This document shows positions 38,332 to 49,719 of a DNA stretch of 64,000 bases, piece after piece. Within the stretch, counting starts at the first letter, position 1; every line of letters begins with the position of its first letter. The notes beneath the pieces are model-generated. The model was not told where the DNA came from, ran no database searches, and saw nothing but the letters and a program-made list of their open reading frames with translations. A program made the translations under genes and the position numbers. The DNA is from an uncultured Phycisphaerales bacterium (GTDB lineage: Bacteria; Planctomycetota; Phycisphaerae; Tepidisphaerales; Tepidisphaeraceae): positions 64,001 through 128,000 of the forward strand of contig CAVWVQ010000005.1 in NCBI GenBank assembly GCA_963758525.1. Reading direction: 5' to 3'.

Positions 38332-39650
38332 TCCTCCGCCAGTTCTTGCTCTTCGATTGGTTCCTCTTCGCCGCCGCTTTCTTCCAGGGAATCTTCTTCG
38401 ATCTCGTCTGTCGTTTCCGCGTCCTTCGTCTCCTCCTTCAACAGCTCGGTTTTCATAATCTCGCGCATCAGCACTGTCGCAAACGATCCCGCCGGCAGCG
38501 TAAAGGCCACCGTCACATGCGGGCCGTGCTCATCGGCCCCGCCTTCCAGATTGACTTCGCCCGGCCGCACCCGCAACGGCCGGCGCGAGCCTTTCACTTT
38601 CAGCACGTTGGTGCGCCGGAAATCCTCCGGCGACAATCCCGACCTCGTCATCGCCTCTTCTTCCAGCTTCCCGGGTTCTCCCTCGGCGCGCGTCATGCGA
38701 TACCCGACCAGCGGCCCCGTCGGGCTGATTTCAAACGCCGCGCACCTCGGCTGCTCTGCCGCCGCATCGCTCACCAGGAAACATGCGCCGTTGTCCTCTT
38801 TGTAAGCCACGTCCCCATTCATGATCTGGTCGATCGTGTCGATGCGGGCGGCTGCCACATCGTTAAACATCCGCGACTGCAGCGCCGAAACCCACAGCCG
38901 GCGGATCTTCTGATCCACGGCCCGCGCCGAAGCGGCGGGGCGGCGCGTTTTCATGAAACGATGGAGAATCCGCCGTTCCATCCCGCATCGGCGCGGCCAG
39001 TTTTTCATCGCCTCCTCAAACTGGCTGGCGTCAAACGCCGTCCGAGCCGCCAGCGTCATGCGGTCGTCGATGCCCGGAATCGGATCACCGATCAACAAGT
39101 GCAGCAGCTCGCGTCCGTCCCCGCGCACCAGCGCCGCTCCGAGTTTGTCGTTGTTCTTGCGCCGCCCGAATCGCTGCTCGCCGAAATAGTTCGGCATTCC
39201 CCGCCGTTGCAGCGTCTCCAGCACCGGTGCAAGCTTCACGACATCCGTGGCGTTGACATCGCGAATCTTGATCGCAAATCGATTGCCCTTGAGATGGCCC
39301 AGCCGCAGCTTGTTCCCATGCCGTGCGGCCCACTGCACGGTGATATTCGGAATCTTCAGCCCCATCACCGCCTCTTCCGTGGCTCCCCAGATCGAAAGCA
39401 CCTGCCGGGAGATCGACCGGGCGTCTTTCAATCCCGCGTACCCGATGTCCCGGCTCGAAACGTTCAGCGCCCGGGAAATGGAATGCACGGCATCAAACGT
39501 GGTCAGCCCGACTTTCTGAATCTCGCAGTAGACGTGTTCGCCTTCTCCGCTGGTTTCGTAGAGGGGAATCTCCTGGACAAAAAAGTCCTCGGCCCGGTTC
39601 TTGATGGTCCCGCCAATGCCGGGAAAGTCGCGCGTCAAATAAGGAAGCAT
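38328..39650 (-). CDS. truD: tRNA pseudouridine(13) synthase
   Basis: EDFFVQE, GYAGLKD, KLRLGHLKGNRF, PNYFGEQRFG, FTLPAGSFAT. Confidence 0.95.
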   Translation of the reverse strand: MLPYLTRDFPGIGGTIKNRAEDFFVQEIPLYETSGEGEHVYCEIQKVGLTTFDAVHSISRALNVSSRDIGYAGLKDARSISRQVLSIWGATEEAVMGLKIPNITVQWAARHGNKLRLGHLKGNRFAIKIRDVNATDVVKLAPVLETLQRRGMPNYFGEQRFGRRKNNDKLGAALVRGDGRELLHLLIGDPIPGIDDRMTLAARTAFDASQFEEAMKNWPRRCGMERRILHRFMKTRRPAASARAVDQKIRRLWVSALQSRMFNDVAAARIDTIDQIMNGDVAYKEDNGACFLVSDAAAEQPRCAAFEISPTGPLVGYRMTRAEGEPGKLEEEAMTRSGLSPEDFRRTNVLKVKGSRRPLRVRPGEVNLEGGADEHGPHVTVAFTLPAGSFATVLMREIMKTELLKEETKDAETTDEIEEDSLEESGGEEEPIEEQELAEE

Positions 39651-39832
39651 TGCGGCAATGATATCGGAACGTCACGAATCTTCCGAGCGTCTTCCGAGCC
39701 ATTGATCTCACCGGCTGCGCGCATTCTTCCGTGGCGAACGAACGCCACATGCACTTATGGGAAAATGTTGCCGGAGGGAAGAAAGTTACTTCCTGCCGCG
39801 GGGACGGTTGTTGAACCCGCTCCTGGCGCGTT

Positions 39833-40639
39833 CTAAGAACACAGCCCAAACTTCCTCAACGCCGCATGAACGCCGTGATCGTCATTCGACGGGGCGACCC
39901 ATTTCGCGACTCGTTTGACCAGCGGATGGGCGTTGTCCATCGCGACGCTTACGCCGACGGCTTTGAGCATCTCGATATCGTTGGCGGCATCTCCGATGGC
40001 CATCGCGTTTTGCATCGGTATGCCGTAATGCGCCGCGACGCGGCGCAGGGCCACCGCCTTGTCGGCTTTGGCGCTCATGATCTGCAGCAGTTCCGGCTCG
40101 CTTCGCACGATATTCGTCTGCCGATATTCCTCGGTGAGCAGTTGTTCGAGCCGGGAGATCATCCTCGGCTCGCCGAGCATCAGCATTTTGGTGATGGGCT
40201 CGCGGCAGAACTCCTCAACTGGCGCCACCACATCGGGACGGAACAGTCGTCCGGTTTCGGTCTGATACGTCTGCTCGGCGTGATCGGTGTACCACCGGTC
40301 AAGGATCTCACAACTGACCGCCACCTCTTCAAACATATCGCGGGCGCGATCGATCATCGAAAGCACCAGTGTGGCGTCCATTGGCTCGTGATGGACCACC
40401 TTCTGCGACGGCTCGTCCCAGATTAACGCTCCGTTATAGTTGATCTGCCAGGTATCCAGCTTGAGCGCCGAGTAGATTGCCCGCACGCTCCGCGGCGGGC
40501 GCGCAGAGGCAATCACAACCCGCACCCCCTGGCCCGGCAGGCACGCCAGGGCCCGGGCCGTCGCTTTGCTGACCTGCTTTTTCTGGTTCAGCAGCGTGCC
40601 GTCAAGGTCGACGGCCACCAGTTGGATGTTGCTCTTCAC
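39833..40639 (-). CDS. Cof-type HAD-IIB hydrolase
   Basis: DLDGTLL, ASAR, YNGA, GDAANDIEM, NDDHGV. Confidence 0.92.
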   Translation of the reverse strand: MKSNIQLVAVDLDGTLLNQKKQVSKATARALACLPGQGVRVVIASARPPRSVRAIYSALKLDTWQINYNGALIWDEPSQKVVHHEPMDATLVLSMIDRARDMFEEVAVSCEILDRWYTDHAEQTYQTETGRLFRPDVVAPVEEFCREPITKMLMLGEPRMISRLEQLLTEEYRQTNIVRSEPELLQIMSAKADKAVALRRVAAHYGIPMQNAMAIGDAANDIEMLKAVGVSVAMDNAHPLVKRVAKWVAPSNDDHGVHAALRKFGLCS

Positions 40640-40746
40640 GCATCCAATCCTACGCGCCGCCTCGTTTTTCGCGAGCGGGCTTCGTGCGGAGCTTTTTCCC
40701 CGCGGTCGGGTGTGAGCGAAAACGCGGGAGCTGATTCCTGCCTCCT

Positions 40747-40866
40747 CCCTCCTCCCCTCGTACCCGGGGGGAGGATCGAGGTGGGGGGAGAATCGTGAGT
40801 GTGCCGTGGCTCGCCGAACGGACGAACCCCCACCCCAGCCCTCCCCCGGAGTACCAGGGGAGGGGG
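40747..40866. repeat. CCCTCCCC...GTAC...GGGAGGG-type inverted repeat pair
   Basis: CCTCCCCTCGTACCCGGGGGGAGG..GGTGGGGG and CCCCCACCCCAGCCCTCCCCCGGAGTACCAGGGGAGGG. Confidence 0.7.
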
Positions 40867-41102
40867 AAAGAGTTGGAGCAGCCGTGGCTGCATGCCCCGG
40901 GGAAATCGGCCTCGCCTACCGCGCTGGTCAGCCGTCCAAGGCGCCGCGCAAGCCGCTGGCTATCGGACGCAGCCGCGGCTAGAATCCGTGGACGAATGCG
41001 GGCGATGGAGGGGTATTTGAATTCCTCCGGGCCAAATGAGCGAATCGCAGGCCCCACAGCCAGGCGAGGCAGCCAGGTGCGGGAGCCGTTCAGGTTCAGC
41101 CT

Positions 41103-41816
41103 ATGCACCATCAGCATCAGCATCATCATCACCACCACCATGGCGCGGTCGCGGCAACCACCACGCCCCTGGAAGCTGCGCTGGCGCCGGCACTCAACGC
41201 GAACGTATTGGTGCTCAACAAGTTTTACCAGGCGATTCGTGTCATCAACGTTCGCCGGGCCTTCTCGCTGCTCTGCCGGGAATTGGCGGAGGTCGTTCAC
41301 ATCGAGACCGACGCGCGCGGGCAGAGCAACTGGCAGAACTTTGACTTCACCGGCTGGCGCGAAGTGTCACAGCTCAAGGCAACTTTCGAGCCCGAGGCCT
41401 TCGAGTGGATCCACACCGTGCGGTTTCAGATCGCGGTGCCGCGGATCATCCGTCTGCTCGGCTACGATAAACTCCCCCGGCAGGACGTGAAGTTTAACCG
41501 CCGCAACATCTACGCGCGCGATGGAAGCCGCTGCCAGTATTGCGGCAAGAAAATGCCGACCACCGATCTTTCGCTCGACCACGTGGTTCCCAAGAGCCAG
41601 GGCGGCCGCAGCACGTGGGATAACATCGTCTGCTGCTGCATCAAGTGCAACGTCAAGAAGGGCGGCCGTACGCCCGAGCAGGCGCATCTGCATTTGATCA
41701 CCAAGCCGGTGAAGCCCAAGCGCAGTCCGGTGATCAACATCCGACTCGCCGACGAACGCTACCATAGCTGGAAGCAGTTCCTCGATACCGCTTATTGGAC
41801 TGTCGAGTTGAAGTGA
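41103..41816 (+). CDS. HNH endonuclease (McrA-like) with N-terminal poly-His
   Basis: VLVLNKFY..VRRAF, RD..CQYCG, DHVVP, CIKCNVKKG; true start may be 41036 with a frameshift. Confidence 0.9.
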   Translation: MHHQHQHHHHHHHGAVAATTTPLEAALAPALNANVLVLNKFYQAIRVINVRRAFSLLCRELAEVVHIETDARGQSNWQNFDFTGWREVSQLKATFEPEAFEWIHTVRFQIAVPRIIRLLGYDKLPRQDVKFNRRNIYARDGSRCQYCGKKMPTTDLSLDHVVPKSQGGRSTWDNIVCCCIKCNVKKGGRTPEQAHLHLITKPVKPKRSPVINIRLADERYHSWKQFLDTAYWTVELK

Positions 41817-41855
41817 AACTCCCGCAGTTTTTGACGAGGGGTGACTCTTCCAGCT

Positions 41856-41887
41856 CAGCAGCCCCGGATGTACATCCGGGGCTGCTG
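41856..41887. repeat. Perfect 32-bp palindrome (REP family shared with 285 and 61145), possible bidirectional terminator
   Basis: CAGCAGCCCCGGATGTACATCCGGGGCTGCTG between convergent genes. Confidence 0.8.
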
Positions 41888-41921
41888 TCCACTGCTTCGC
41901 TGCGCTTGGACGGGCGACGAT

Positions 41922-43550
<1,629 letters not shown>

Positions 43551-43624
43551 GTCTATATTTTACGCGACTGATGTCTTACTAGACAAGCCTGCCGCGCACT
43601 GAGTTGATCGGGGACGCGTTCCGT

Positions 43625-43679
43625 GTAGCACAGCCGTCTCGGCTGTGTCCCAAGGCCACAGCCGAGACGGCCGTGCTAC
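43625..43679. repeat. REPIN, GTAG-CACAGCCGTCTCGGCTGTG family
   Basis: GTAGCACAGCCGTCTCGGCTGTG ... CACAGCCGAGACGGCCGTGCTAC. Confidence 0.85.
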
Positions 43680-43880
43680 GATTGCGTCACTCCACGTTAT
43701 CACGCGCCGCTCCCCGCTCCCAACGCCTCGCAGCCAAAACCCAGCCAGACGAAGGGCCGAGGTGCCGAATCGCTAAAAAGTCGCGGTTTTTCAGCATGGA
43801 TCGGGAATCATCCGATATGAACAACGAGGCTTTCGCAGCGGTCCCGCCGCCGAACACTCTTTGCCGGAATGCGTTAAACC

Positions 43881-45068
43881 ATGTTGTACCTTGCTCTTAC
43901 GACGCAGTTAGACCTCTCATTATGGGGAATTGCACTGCGACTGCTGCTCCTTGCCGCTCTCGTGACTCCTATTGTCATCCTCGTTCGCACCTATCGCCGG
44001 GAGCGGGACAGGTCTCGGCATTTGATCGACACGCTCACATTGCGATCGCGAAACGTGGATCACCTGCTCGATTTCTCGCAGACGCTTCAGGGCGCCGGCA
44101 GGCCAGAGCAGGTCTTCGCCTCCCTCTCCCAGTTTGTGCAGTCGGAACTGAATCTGAGCGGCGTCGCCCTGGTCGAGTATGAGCCCGACCGCGCGGGCGG
44201 CCCGCAGGTCAAGCATGCGATGCCCCCTACGCTGGTTGCCTCCGCTCAGAACGCGGCCGATCTCGACGTCACTCTATGCCCCTGCATTCGCCAGAACCTT
44301 CCCCGCCTTTTCAATGGGGCCGATGCCCCTGTCCGTTGTGCCATCGACAAGTGTCTGTCCCTTCCGCCGTCGCACCCGGCGTATTGCATTCCGATGCAAA
44401 TCGGTCCCAAGACGCGCATCCTCCTGCACATGCTTCTGCCGCCCGGAGCGGAATGGACCGACTCAAGCCGCCAGCTGGCCCAAACCTACGCAAATACGGC
44501 TCAATCTGCGCTGGTTACGCTGCATCACCTCGCCGAGGCCGAGCAGCGCACCATGACCGATCCGTTGACGGGGCTCTACAATCGGCGGTCAATGGAGAGC
44601 CTGATGGAGCGCGAAGTTGCGCTGGCCGAACGCCATCAGCGGCCGCTCTCGCTGGTGATGATCGATCTCGATTTCTTCAAGGAAGTCAACGACACCCACG
44701 GCCACGCCGCCGGCGATCATCTGCTCCGCTCGTTTGCTGACTGCGTGCGAATCACGCTTCGCAAGACCGACCTGGCGTTCCGTTACGGCGGCGATGAGTT
44801 CGCCATTGCCTTGCCGCAGACACCCATCGGGCAGGCCCAGCAGGTCGTGCAAAAACTCCGACAGGCATTCGCGTCAGTCGATTTCTCCTCCGCGATCGCC
44901 CACCTGGACCATCAGCCGACGCTCAGCATCGGCCTGGCGGAGCGCAGCGCCGCCTGGAATCTGCTGAATCTGTCGTCGCTGATCAATGCCGCCGATCAGG
45001 CGCTCTACGAAGCCAAAGCCGCCAACCGAAATTGCGTCAGAACGTACACCCCGCCAAAGGCGGCGTGA
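43881..45068 (+). CDS. Membrane-anchored GAF-like + GGDEF diguanylate cyclase
   Basis: N-terminal TM; TDPLTGLYNRR, DLDFFKEVND..GH, RKTD I-site, RYGGDEF. Confidence 0.92.
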   Translation: MLYLALTTQLDLSLWGIALRLLLLAALVTPIVILVRTYRRERDRSRHLIDTLTLRSRNVDHLLDFSQTLQGAGRPEQVFASLSQFVQSELNLSGVALVEYEPDRAGGPQVKHAMPPTLVASAQNAADLDVTLCPCIRQNLPRLFNGADAPVRCAIDKCLSLPPSHPAYCIPMQIGPKTRILLHMLLPPGAEWTDSSRQLAQTYANTAQSALVTLHHLAEAEQRTMTDPLTGLYNRRSMESLMEREVALAERHQRPLSLVMIDLDFFKEVNDTHGHAAGDHLLRSFADCVRITLRKTDLAFRYGGDEFAIALPQTPIGQAQQVVQKLRQAFASVDFSSAIAHLDHQPTLSIGLAERSAAWNLLNLSSLINAADQALYEAKAANRNCVRTYTPPKAA

Positions 45069-45119
45069 GTTTGGGAGCCGTCTGAGTTTCCAACTTTCGG
45101 CGTTGGATCCGATTTGAAC

Positions 45120-45213
45120 TTTTCATTTTTCATTTTTCATTTCCGGCGCATTCAGAATGAAATTGAAAAATGTCAAATGAAAAAATGAAAAATGAAAAAT
45201 GAGAAAGTGAAAA
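45120..45213. repeat. Inverted TTTTCAT/ATGAAAA heptamer hairpin
   Basis: (TTTTCAT)x3 then about seven ATGAAAA-like units, between convergent genes. Confidence 0.85.
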
Positions 45214-45216
45214 GAC

Positions 45217-45945
45217 TTACTCGCCCCCCCTCACGATCCTTCCCCAATCGACCGTATCGATCGCGGCAATGATTCCTGGCGGCAGCCTTGGCGGCACGAA
45301 CTTTTCCTCGGGCACGACACACAGCACCTGGGTTTTCCCCCAGCGTTCGATCGCCCGCGGGTTAGTCTCTTCCGCGATGCTCGCTCCGTCGGCCGGGTAT
45401 CGGTTGACGACCACTCCGGCCACGGTGACGCCCGTTGCTCGCAGCGCTTCGAGCGTGAGAAGCGTGTGGTTGATCGTCCCAAGCCCGGCCCGCGCGACGA
45501 CGACGACCGGCAAGCCGAGCCAGCCGACGAGATCGCGCACCGTCTGCCTGTCGTCCAATGGCGTCATCAATCCGCCGATCCCTTCGACCACCATCACGTC
45601 GCTTTCTGCGGACATCAGGCGGAGCGACCGCCGAGCGCTCTCCCAATCCACGGCAGCGCCAGCGCGCTCCGCTGCCACCGCCGGCGCCAATGGCTCACTC
45701 CATCGCTGCGGGCAGATCAGGTCCAGAGGGAATTGAGCGTCCGCGCAATACGCCAGGAACTCCGCGTCCGCACTGACGAGTCCCTCGCGCCGCCGCTCGC
45801 ATCCGGTTGCGAACGGCTTGCAAACTCCAACGCGCAGATGGCAGCGTCGAAACCAATCCGCGATGGCTCCCGCCACCACCGTCTTCCCGATCTCCGTGTC
45901 GGTGCCGGTGATGAACAGGCCAGGAATTGAGAGCCGATCGAGCAT
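45217..45945 (-). CDS. bioD: Dethiobiotin synthase
   Basis: FITGTDTEIGKT, KP, PLAP, VEGIGG, LGTINHT. Confidence 0.95.
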   Translation of the reverse strand: MLDRLSIPGLFITGTDTEIGKTVVAGAIADWFRRCHLRVGVCKPFATGCERRREGLVSADAEFLAYCADAQFPLDLICPQRWSEPLAPAVAAERAGAAVDWESARRSLRLMSAESDVMVVEGIGGLMTPLDDRQTVRDLVGWLGLPVVVVARAGLGTINHTLLTLEALRATGVTVAGVVVNRYPADGASIAEETNPRAIERWGKTQVLCVVPEEKFVPPRLPPGIIAAIDTVDWGRIVRGGE

Positions 45946-46050
45946 GGGAGAAGGAGCAAGAGCCAGGAGCCAGGAACAAGAATGAAGATGACAAGGAGCC
46001 GGGGCCCAGACTGAAATCTGACCCCTTGCTCCTCCTCTCCTCCCGCTTCC

Positions 46051-48024
46051 TCACTTCACCGCGATCTTCCAGATCGCCCACTGTCCTCCGCGATTGGAGC
46101 GGAAGCAGATGAATTTCCCCGACGGGTCCCACGAGGGGCAATCATCCCAGCTTCCGTTGCGGGTGATCCGCACGGGCCGGTCGGACTGGGAAACGTCGAG
46201 AACCCAGATGTCGTAATTATTGCGATTCTCCTCGTCGGTGCCCCGATCCGAAACGTAGGCGATCCGCTCCCCGTCCTGCGACCAGACGGCGTCAAATTCG
46301 TCGGCGTCCGGGCTGCTCAGCGTCACCGGCACACCCCCGCGATCCGGCATGCGGAAAATCTGCCGCTTGCCGGTCTTTTCGTTGATGCCGGTGAAAATAA
46401 TGCTGTCCCCTTTGGGGCTGACGCGCGGCTGCATGCCGCCGGAGCGGGCCAGGTCGGTGCGGGTTGTCGCGCCAAGCTGCGTCATGTACAGCCGCGGATC
46501 GGGACGCGTGTCAACCAGCGACTCGTAGAACAGTCTTGGCTTGGGATCCGAATCCACCATCGGCCACAGATCGCTCTCCTCGCCGTTGGTCAACTGGGTC
46601 ACGCCCGGATCACCGGCTGATGACATCTCCCAGATGCTCAACCGCCGCCCGCCGCGGTTGGACGAGAAGACGATTTGTGTGCCGTCGGGCGTGAACGACG
46701 GGGTGAGGTCCAGCGACTTGCCGTCGCCAAACATCGTCGTGGCGGCGCTGCCGTCCATCCGGACCGACATCATGCTCGACGTCAGATCCGTCGGTCCCGA
46801 GCTGGAGAGCGTGGTAAACAACACCGCCGAGCCGTCCGGCGAAACCGTCAGCGTGTCGATCATGCTCCCTTTCGGCAGATCCGTGAGCCTCGTGAGCGTT
46901 GATTTGTCGCCGGCCTCGTCCGTGTCCTTCATCGCCTGTGTGTTTATTCGCTCGGGGACAAACTGCCAGATCTGGTCGCCATGCACCGGCTTCACGCGCA
47001 ACAATTCGACCGTCCGAGTCTTGATCTCTTTCAACGGGAGCTCGTAGTCGGTCTTCCCCTCGTCCCATTTCAACGTAAACGACAGCGGTTCCCAGAGGGT
47101 GTCGCCCGCCGCTTTCACCGCCGTTCCGCTGTAGGTGCGCAGCGTTCCCTTGTCGTCGATGGGCGGGAAGATCAGCTTCGCGGTTGTGACGCCCGATGCG
47201 TCGGTCGCGGTGGCCGCGCCGTCTATCTTGATCGTTGCTCCCGCGGGTTTGGTGACGATGCGGACTGTCTTCGCTTTGGGCGGCAGGTCGATGTGATAAT
47301 CTTTCTTCCCGTCATCCCAGCTGATTGTCGTATCCACCGGATCGTAGCCGGGCTTGGTCACATGCACGCGCTGCGGGATCCACTCATTGGTGTCGGGCTT
47401 CACCGGAAATGGGAAGTTCGAATAGCTGATCGGGCTGGTTCCCAGCGTTTCGCCGTTGATCGAAACGGCAGCGCCTGACGGCGTGGTCGTAATCGACAGG
47501 TCCTTCCGCATCGTGTCCAGATTCAGGTAATAGTCCGGAGATGGATCGGTCCAGTTCACCTTCTGTTCGATTTTTCGATAGCCGGGGCGTTCGGCGCTGA
47601 CGGTGTGGCTCAGCCAGTGGTTCTGCGCGTCGATGGAGAACTCCAGTTCCGTGGACATTTGCGTCACCGGATCGGGGCTCAGCGCCTTCCCGTCAATGCT
47701 GATGATGCCCGGCACGGGGAGCACCGTGAAACTCACGTGCTTGGTCGCCGGCCGCAGCTCGATGAAGATCGGCGACGGCGGATCATCCTTGCCGACCGAT
47801 ACCACGGTGTCCTTGTAGCCGAATCGTCTGGCGGTGACCGGGTGTCTCTCTGCCGGGTTAGTGAAGGTGAGTGTCTGCGTGAGCGGCGCCCTGCCGACAG
47901 GAAGCCCGTCAATGCTCAAATCCGCATCGGCCGGCTTGGTTGAAATAAACACGTCGCGCGTGATCGCGCATCCTGTCGCACACCCCAGCAGCAGCAGCAG
48001 CAAACTCACGCACCGGCATCGCAT
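46051..48024 (-). CDS. Lipoprotein with PEGA repeats and TolB-like (PD40) beta-propeller
   Basis: Lipobox ATGC; repeated S/TxPxGAxxxIDG; SPDG, FSSNRGG and WDPSGK repeats. Confidence 0.85.
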   Translation of the reverse strand: MRCRCVSLLLLLLGCATGCAITRDVFISTKPADADLSIDGLPVGRAPLTQTLTFTNPAERHPVTARRFGYKDTVVSVGKDDPPSPIFIELRPATKHVSFTVLPVPGIISIDGKALSPDPVTQMSTELEFSIDAQNHWLSHTVSAERPGYRKIEQKVNWTDPSPDYYLNLDTMRKDLSITTTPSGAAVSINGETLGTSPISYSNFPFPVKPDTNEWIPQRVHVTKPGYDPVDTTISWDDGKKDYHIDLPPKAKTVRIVTKPAGATIKIDGAATATDASGVTTAKLIFPPIDDKGTLRTYSGTAVKAAGDTLWEPLSFTLKWDEGKTDYELPLKEIKTRTVELLRVKPVHGDQIWQFVPERINTQAMKDTDEAGDKSTLTRLTDLPKGSMIDTLTVSPDGSAVLFTTLSSSGPTDLTSSMMSVRMDGSAATTMFGDGKSLDLTPSFTPDGTQIVFSSNRGGRRLSIWEMSSAGDPGVTQLTNGEESDLWPMVDSDPKPRLFYESLVDTRPDPRLYMTQLGATTRTDLARSGGMQPRVSPKGDSIIFTGINEKTGKRQIFRMPDRGGVPVTLSSPDADEFDAVWSQDGERIAYVSDRGTDEENRNNYDIWVLDVSQSDRPVRITRNGSWDDCPSWDPSGKFICFRSNRGGQWAIWKIAVK

Positions 48025-48079
48025 CGCAGAACCTCCGTGATCGATGCAATGTCGTAACGCAAAGGGGGGACAATGGAAA

Positions 48080-48287
48080 GAGGGGGTCAGAGGGTTCAGG
48101 GTGTCAGGGTTCAGGGTGTCAGGGTGTCAGGGTTCAGGGTGTCAGGGTTCAGGGTTCAGGGTTCAGGGCTGAAGGACGCCCGCATTCTACTGAACCCTGA
48201 ACCCTGACACCCTGAACCCTCGCTGTGCCCGCACTTCACTGAACCCTGACCCCTGACACCCTGAACCCTCTGACCCTCTGACCCCTC
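48080..48287. repeat. Inverted TCAGGGT / TCAGGGTG mixed 7/8-mer hairpin
   Basis: About eleven CAGGGT(G)T units on the left and about ten (A)CCCTGA units in two blocks on the right. Confidence 0.9.
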
Positions 48288-49443
48288 ACTGTGCCGCGAT
48301 TTGAATTCCCACCGTGTTCTCGGCAATGCGGTTCACTTCCAGATCCTCCACGCTCACTTTGAGAAGATATCGCCCCAGCGTCAGGCTCGCGGGGAGATTG
48401 ATCATCTCTGCCATGAAAAAGTCGTGGCGTCGATTCCGCGAAAGATCGACGCCGGGCCGCATCTCTTTCTGCCGCCAGACTTCCATGCCGCTTTGCTCCT
48501 CGTACAGCACGACCTGGAGCTTGAGCTTCGTTTCCCAGAGCTTCTGGTCATTCAGTTGCGAAGCAAAGTTCTCGACCTCGCAATACACAATGACAGGCGT
48601 CTCCTGGCCCGCCGTGAAACGGTCGCCCTGGATGGGATCGTAAACGCCAAAACCGGTGACGCGTTTGCACAGTGCCACGGTGGGGATGGTCAGCTCCGCC
48701 TGGCTGCGAAGCCGATCGGCCATTTCCAGCAGCGGGCGCACCTTCCGCGAGAGAAGCATGTTTCCGTCGGCCCGCACCGAGTCCCGGAAATTGGTCAAAC
48801 CATCGAGCAACGTGGAAACCACTTCCCGATCCTCCGGCGCCAGCGGCGCCAGCGCGGTGAGCTGCGGCACTGATTCTCCCTGCAGCATCTCCAGAAGCTG
48901 GTAATCGAGCTGCCCCGCCAGGTCCTGCGGATAGTCGCGAACGTGCTGCGCGAGTTGCCGGCTGATGCCATCGGTTGATGTCCCCTGATTGACCGCCGCC
49001 CGAACTGGGGTTTCGTCCGCCTTGGCGGTTGTCAAAGGCTTGCTGTCGGAACCCGGGGTCACCGGCGAGACCGATGGCACGGGCGCGGGCGGCGAATCGC
49101 TCTTGGCCGACGAACCCGCGGCGGGGGCTAGCTGCAGGTCGTTCGGATTCAGGGAATCAGCGACTGGCGTGGAATCAAGCGCAGCGCCCCGCTTCTGCAG
49201 CAGCGGCCCGACATTCCGCGCGTAAGACTGGGCCTTCTCCGCGAGCACCTCCGCCGTCCCCGGAGGCGTCGCATCACCGGTTGGCTGCGTCGTCGCGGGT
49301 TGGCGCAGCAATTCGTAGCTGCCCTCGCTGTGCTGACCCGCTCGAGCTGAATGCTGAGAAGTGTCCTGACATCCCGCGGCGAAAAAGACCGCCGCGAGTC
49401 CCGCCCCGAGAACCCCAACCGAATACTGCCGGCCTGCGTTCAT
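48286..49443 (-). CDS. Lipoprotein, hypothetical (C-terminal beta domain)
   Basis: Lipobox AAGC; low-complexity linker; LCKRVTGFGVYDP, VYCEVENF, GRYLLKVSV. Confidence 0.8.
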   Translation of the reverse strand: MNAGRQYSVGVLGAGLAAVFFAAGCQDTSQHSARAGQHSEGSYELLRQPATTQPTGDATPPGTAEVLAEKAQSYARNVGPLLQKRGAALDSTPVADSLNPNDLQLAPAAGSSAKSDSPPAPVPSVSPVTPGSDSKPLTTAKADETPVRAAVNQGTSTDGISRQLAQHVRDYPQDLAGQLDYQLLEMLQGESVPQLTALAPLAPEDREVVSTLLDGLTNFRDSVRADGNMLLSRKVRPLLEMADRLRSQAELTIPTVALCKRVTGFGVYDPIQGDRFTAGQETPVIVYCEVENFASQLNDQKLWETKLKLQVVLYEEQSGMEVWRQKEMRPGVDLSRNRRHDFFMAEMINLPASLTLGRYLLKVSVEDLEVNRIAENTVGIQIAAQ

Positions 49444-49719
49444 GACGTCCCATCCGTGGAGATGATTCCCGACAATCCTTGTCAGGACCCTGCAGAATAT
49501 AGCGCGTGGGCCGCGGGACCGCAAGCGGGACGGCTCCCCTTCTGCGTCCTCAAATTTGCATTTTGCACTTTGCAATCCTCAATTCCCCAGACTGAGAGGA
49601 AAACGCAAACACGCAACACCATGCGAAGCATCCTTATCCTTTAGCCGCCTCGCTCGCGAGGCGCGTTGAGCGGCGCAGTTCGCTCAGCGGTCGCTTGTGC
49701 TATAACAATCTCCGAACAC

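Noticed and set aside
39678..39700. TCTTCCGAGC direct repeat upstream of truD as an operator
   Set aside because: Two short copies only; cannot be distinguished from chance
38256..39836. 526-aa plus-strand ORF
   Set aside because: Antisense shadow of truD
41103..41816. Cas9/IscB-like RNA-guided nuclease
   Set aside because: 237 aa, HNH only, no RuvC or PLMP motif; I could not support an adjacent structured RNA
45217..45945. Biotin operon or BirA operator
   Set aside because: bioD is alone here and no recognisable operator was seen
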